UHGV virus genome: UHGV-0240820
Direction: 5' to 3' (one strand)
Source of the DNA: a virus
Length of the DNA stretch: 24,873 nucleotides
Numbering within the stretch: position 1 is the stretch's first letter; each line of letters begins with the position of its first letter. The translations under genes and the position numbers were made by a program. Positions 24,787-24,873 of this stretch are shown one piece after another. The notes under the pieces were generated by a model, which ran no database searches, was not told the origin of the DNA, and was given only the letters and a program-made list of their open reading frames with translations.

Positions 24787-24873
24787 ACTTCCTGAGAAAG
24801 AGGTAAACAGGATGACTAAAAATACTCGTTTTTCCCCTGAAGTCCGTCAACGGGCAGTCCGTATGGTTCTGGA
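24758..24873 (+). mobile_element. IS3-family insertion sequence, left end (IS629-like), continues beyond the window
   Basis: Terminal sequence TGAACCGCCCCGGGAATCCTGGAGACTAAACTTCC followed by an OrfA start; identified from memory, not by search. Confidence 0.65.
24812..24873 (+). CDS. IS3-family transposase OrfA, N-terminal fragment (truncated by window)
   Basis: MTKNTRFSPEVRQRAVRMVL matches the N-terminus of IS629/IS1203-type OrfA as I recall it. AAGAGG RBS upstream. Confidence 0.7.
   Translation, partial: MTKNTRFSPEVRQRAVRMVL

Noticed and set aside
1-24873. CRISPR arrays, integrase/att sites, T7-type RNA polymerase promoters
   Set aside because: No regularly spaced direct repeats, no recombinase-like ORF, and no 23-bp phage-polymerase promoter consensus were seen.

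Overview
The window reads as the late (morphogenesis) region of a temperate, short-tailed (T7-virion-type) prophage in an enterobacterial genome, all called from sequence by eye with no database search. Plus-strand, mostly translationally coupled genes run: small ASCH-like gene, terminase small and large subunits, a minus-strand tRNA-Arg(UCU) with a reverse-oriented moron gene, portal, scaffold, major capsid, tail tubular A/B-like proteins and four internal-core-like proteins (154, 188, 915, 1129 aa). Between the last core protein and the tail spike lies a ~4.3 kb AT-rich accessory island (19.2-23.5 kb): a secreted protein, a small exported peptide, a two-gene minus-strand operon, an AntA-type antirepressor, a structured non-coding leader, a membrane protein with tandem zinc ribbons, and a stand-alone antirepressor C-domain paralog. 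The most likely place for an undescribed system is this island, chiefly the two-gene operon at 20316-21141 and the zinc-ribbon membrane protein at 22327-23055; both are candidates only. A 15-bp dyad (TTACC-N5-GGTAA) recurs six times, always promoter-proximal. The tail spike (T7 gp17-like N-terminus plus an Asp-box) is cut after ~409 codons by an IS3-family element that I recall as IS629-like. No CRISPR array, integrase or att site is visible.
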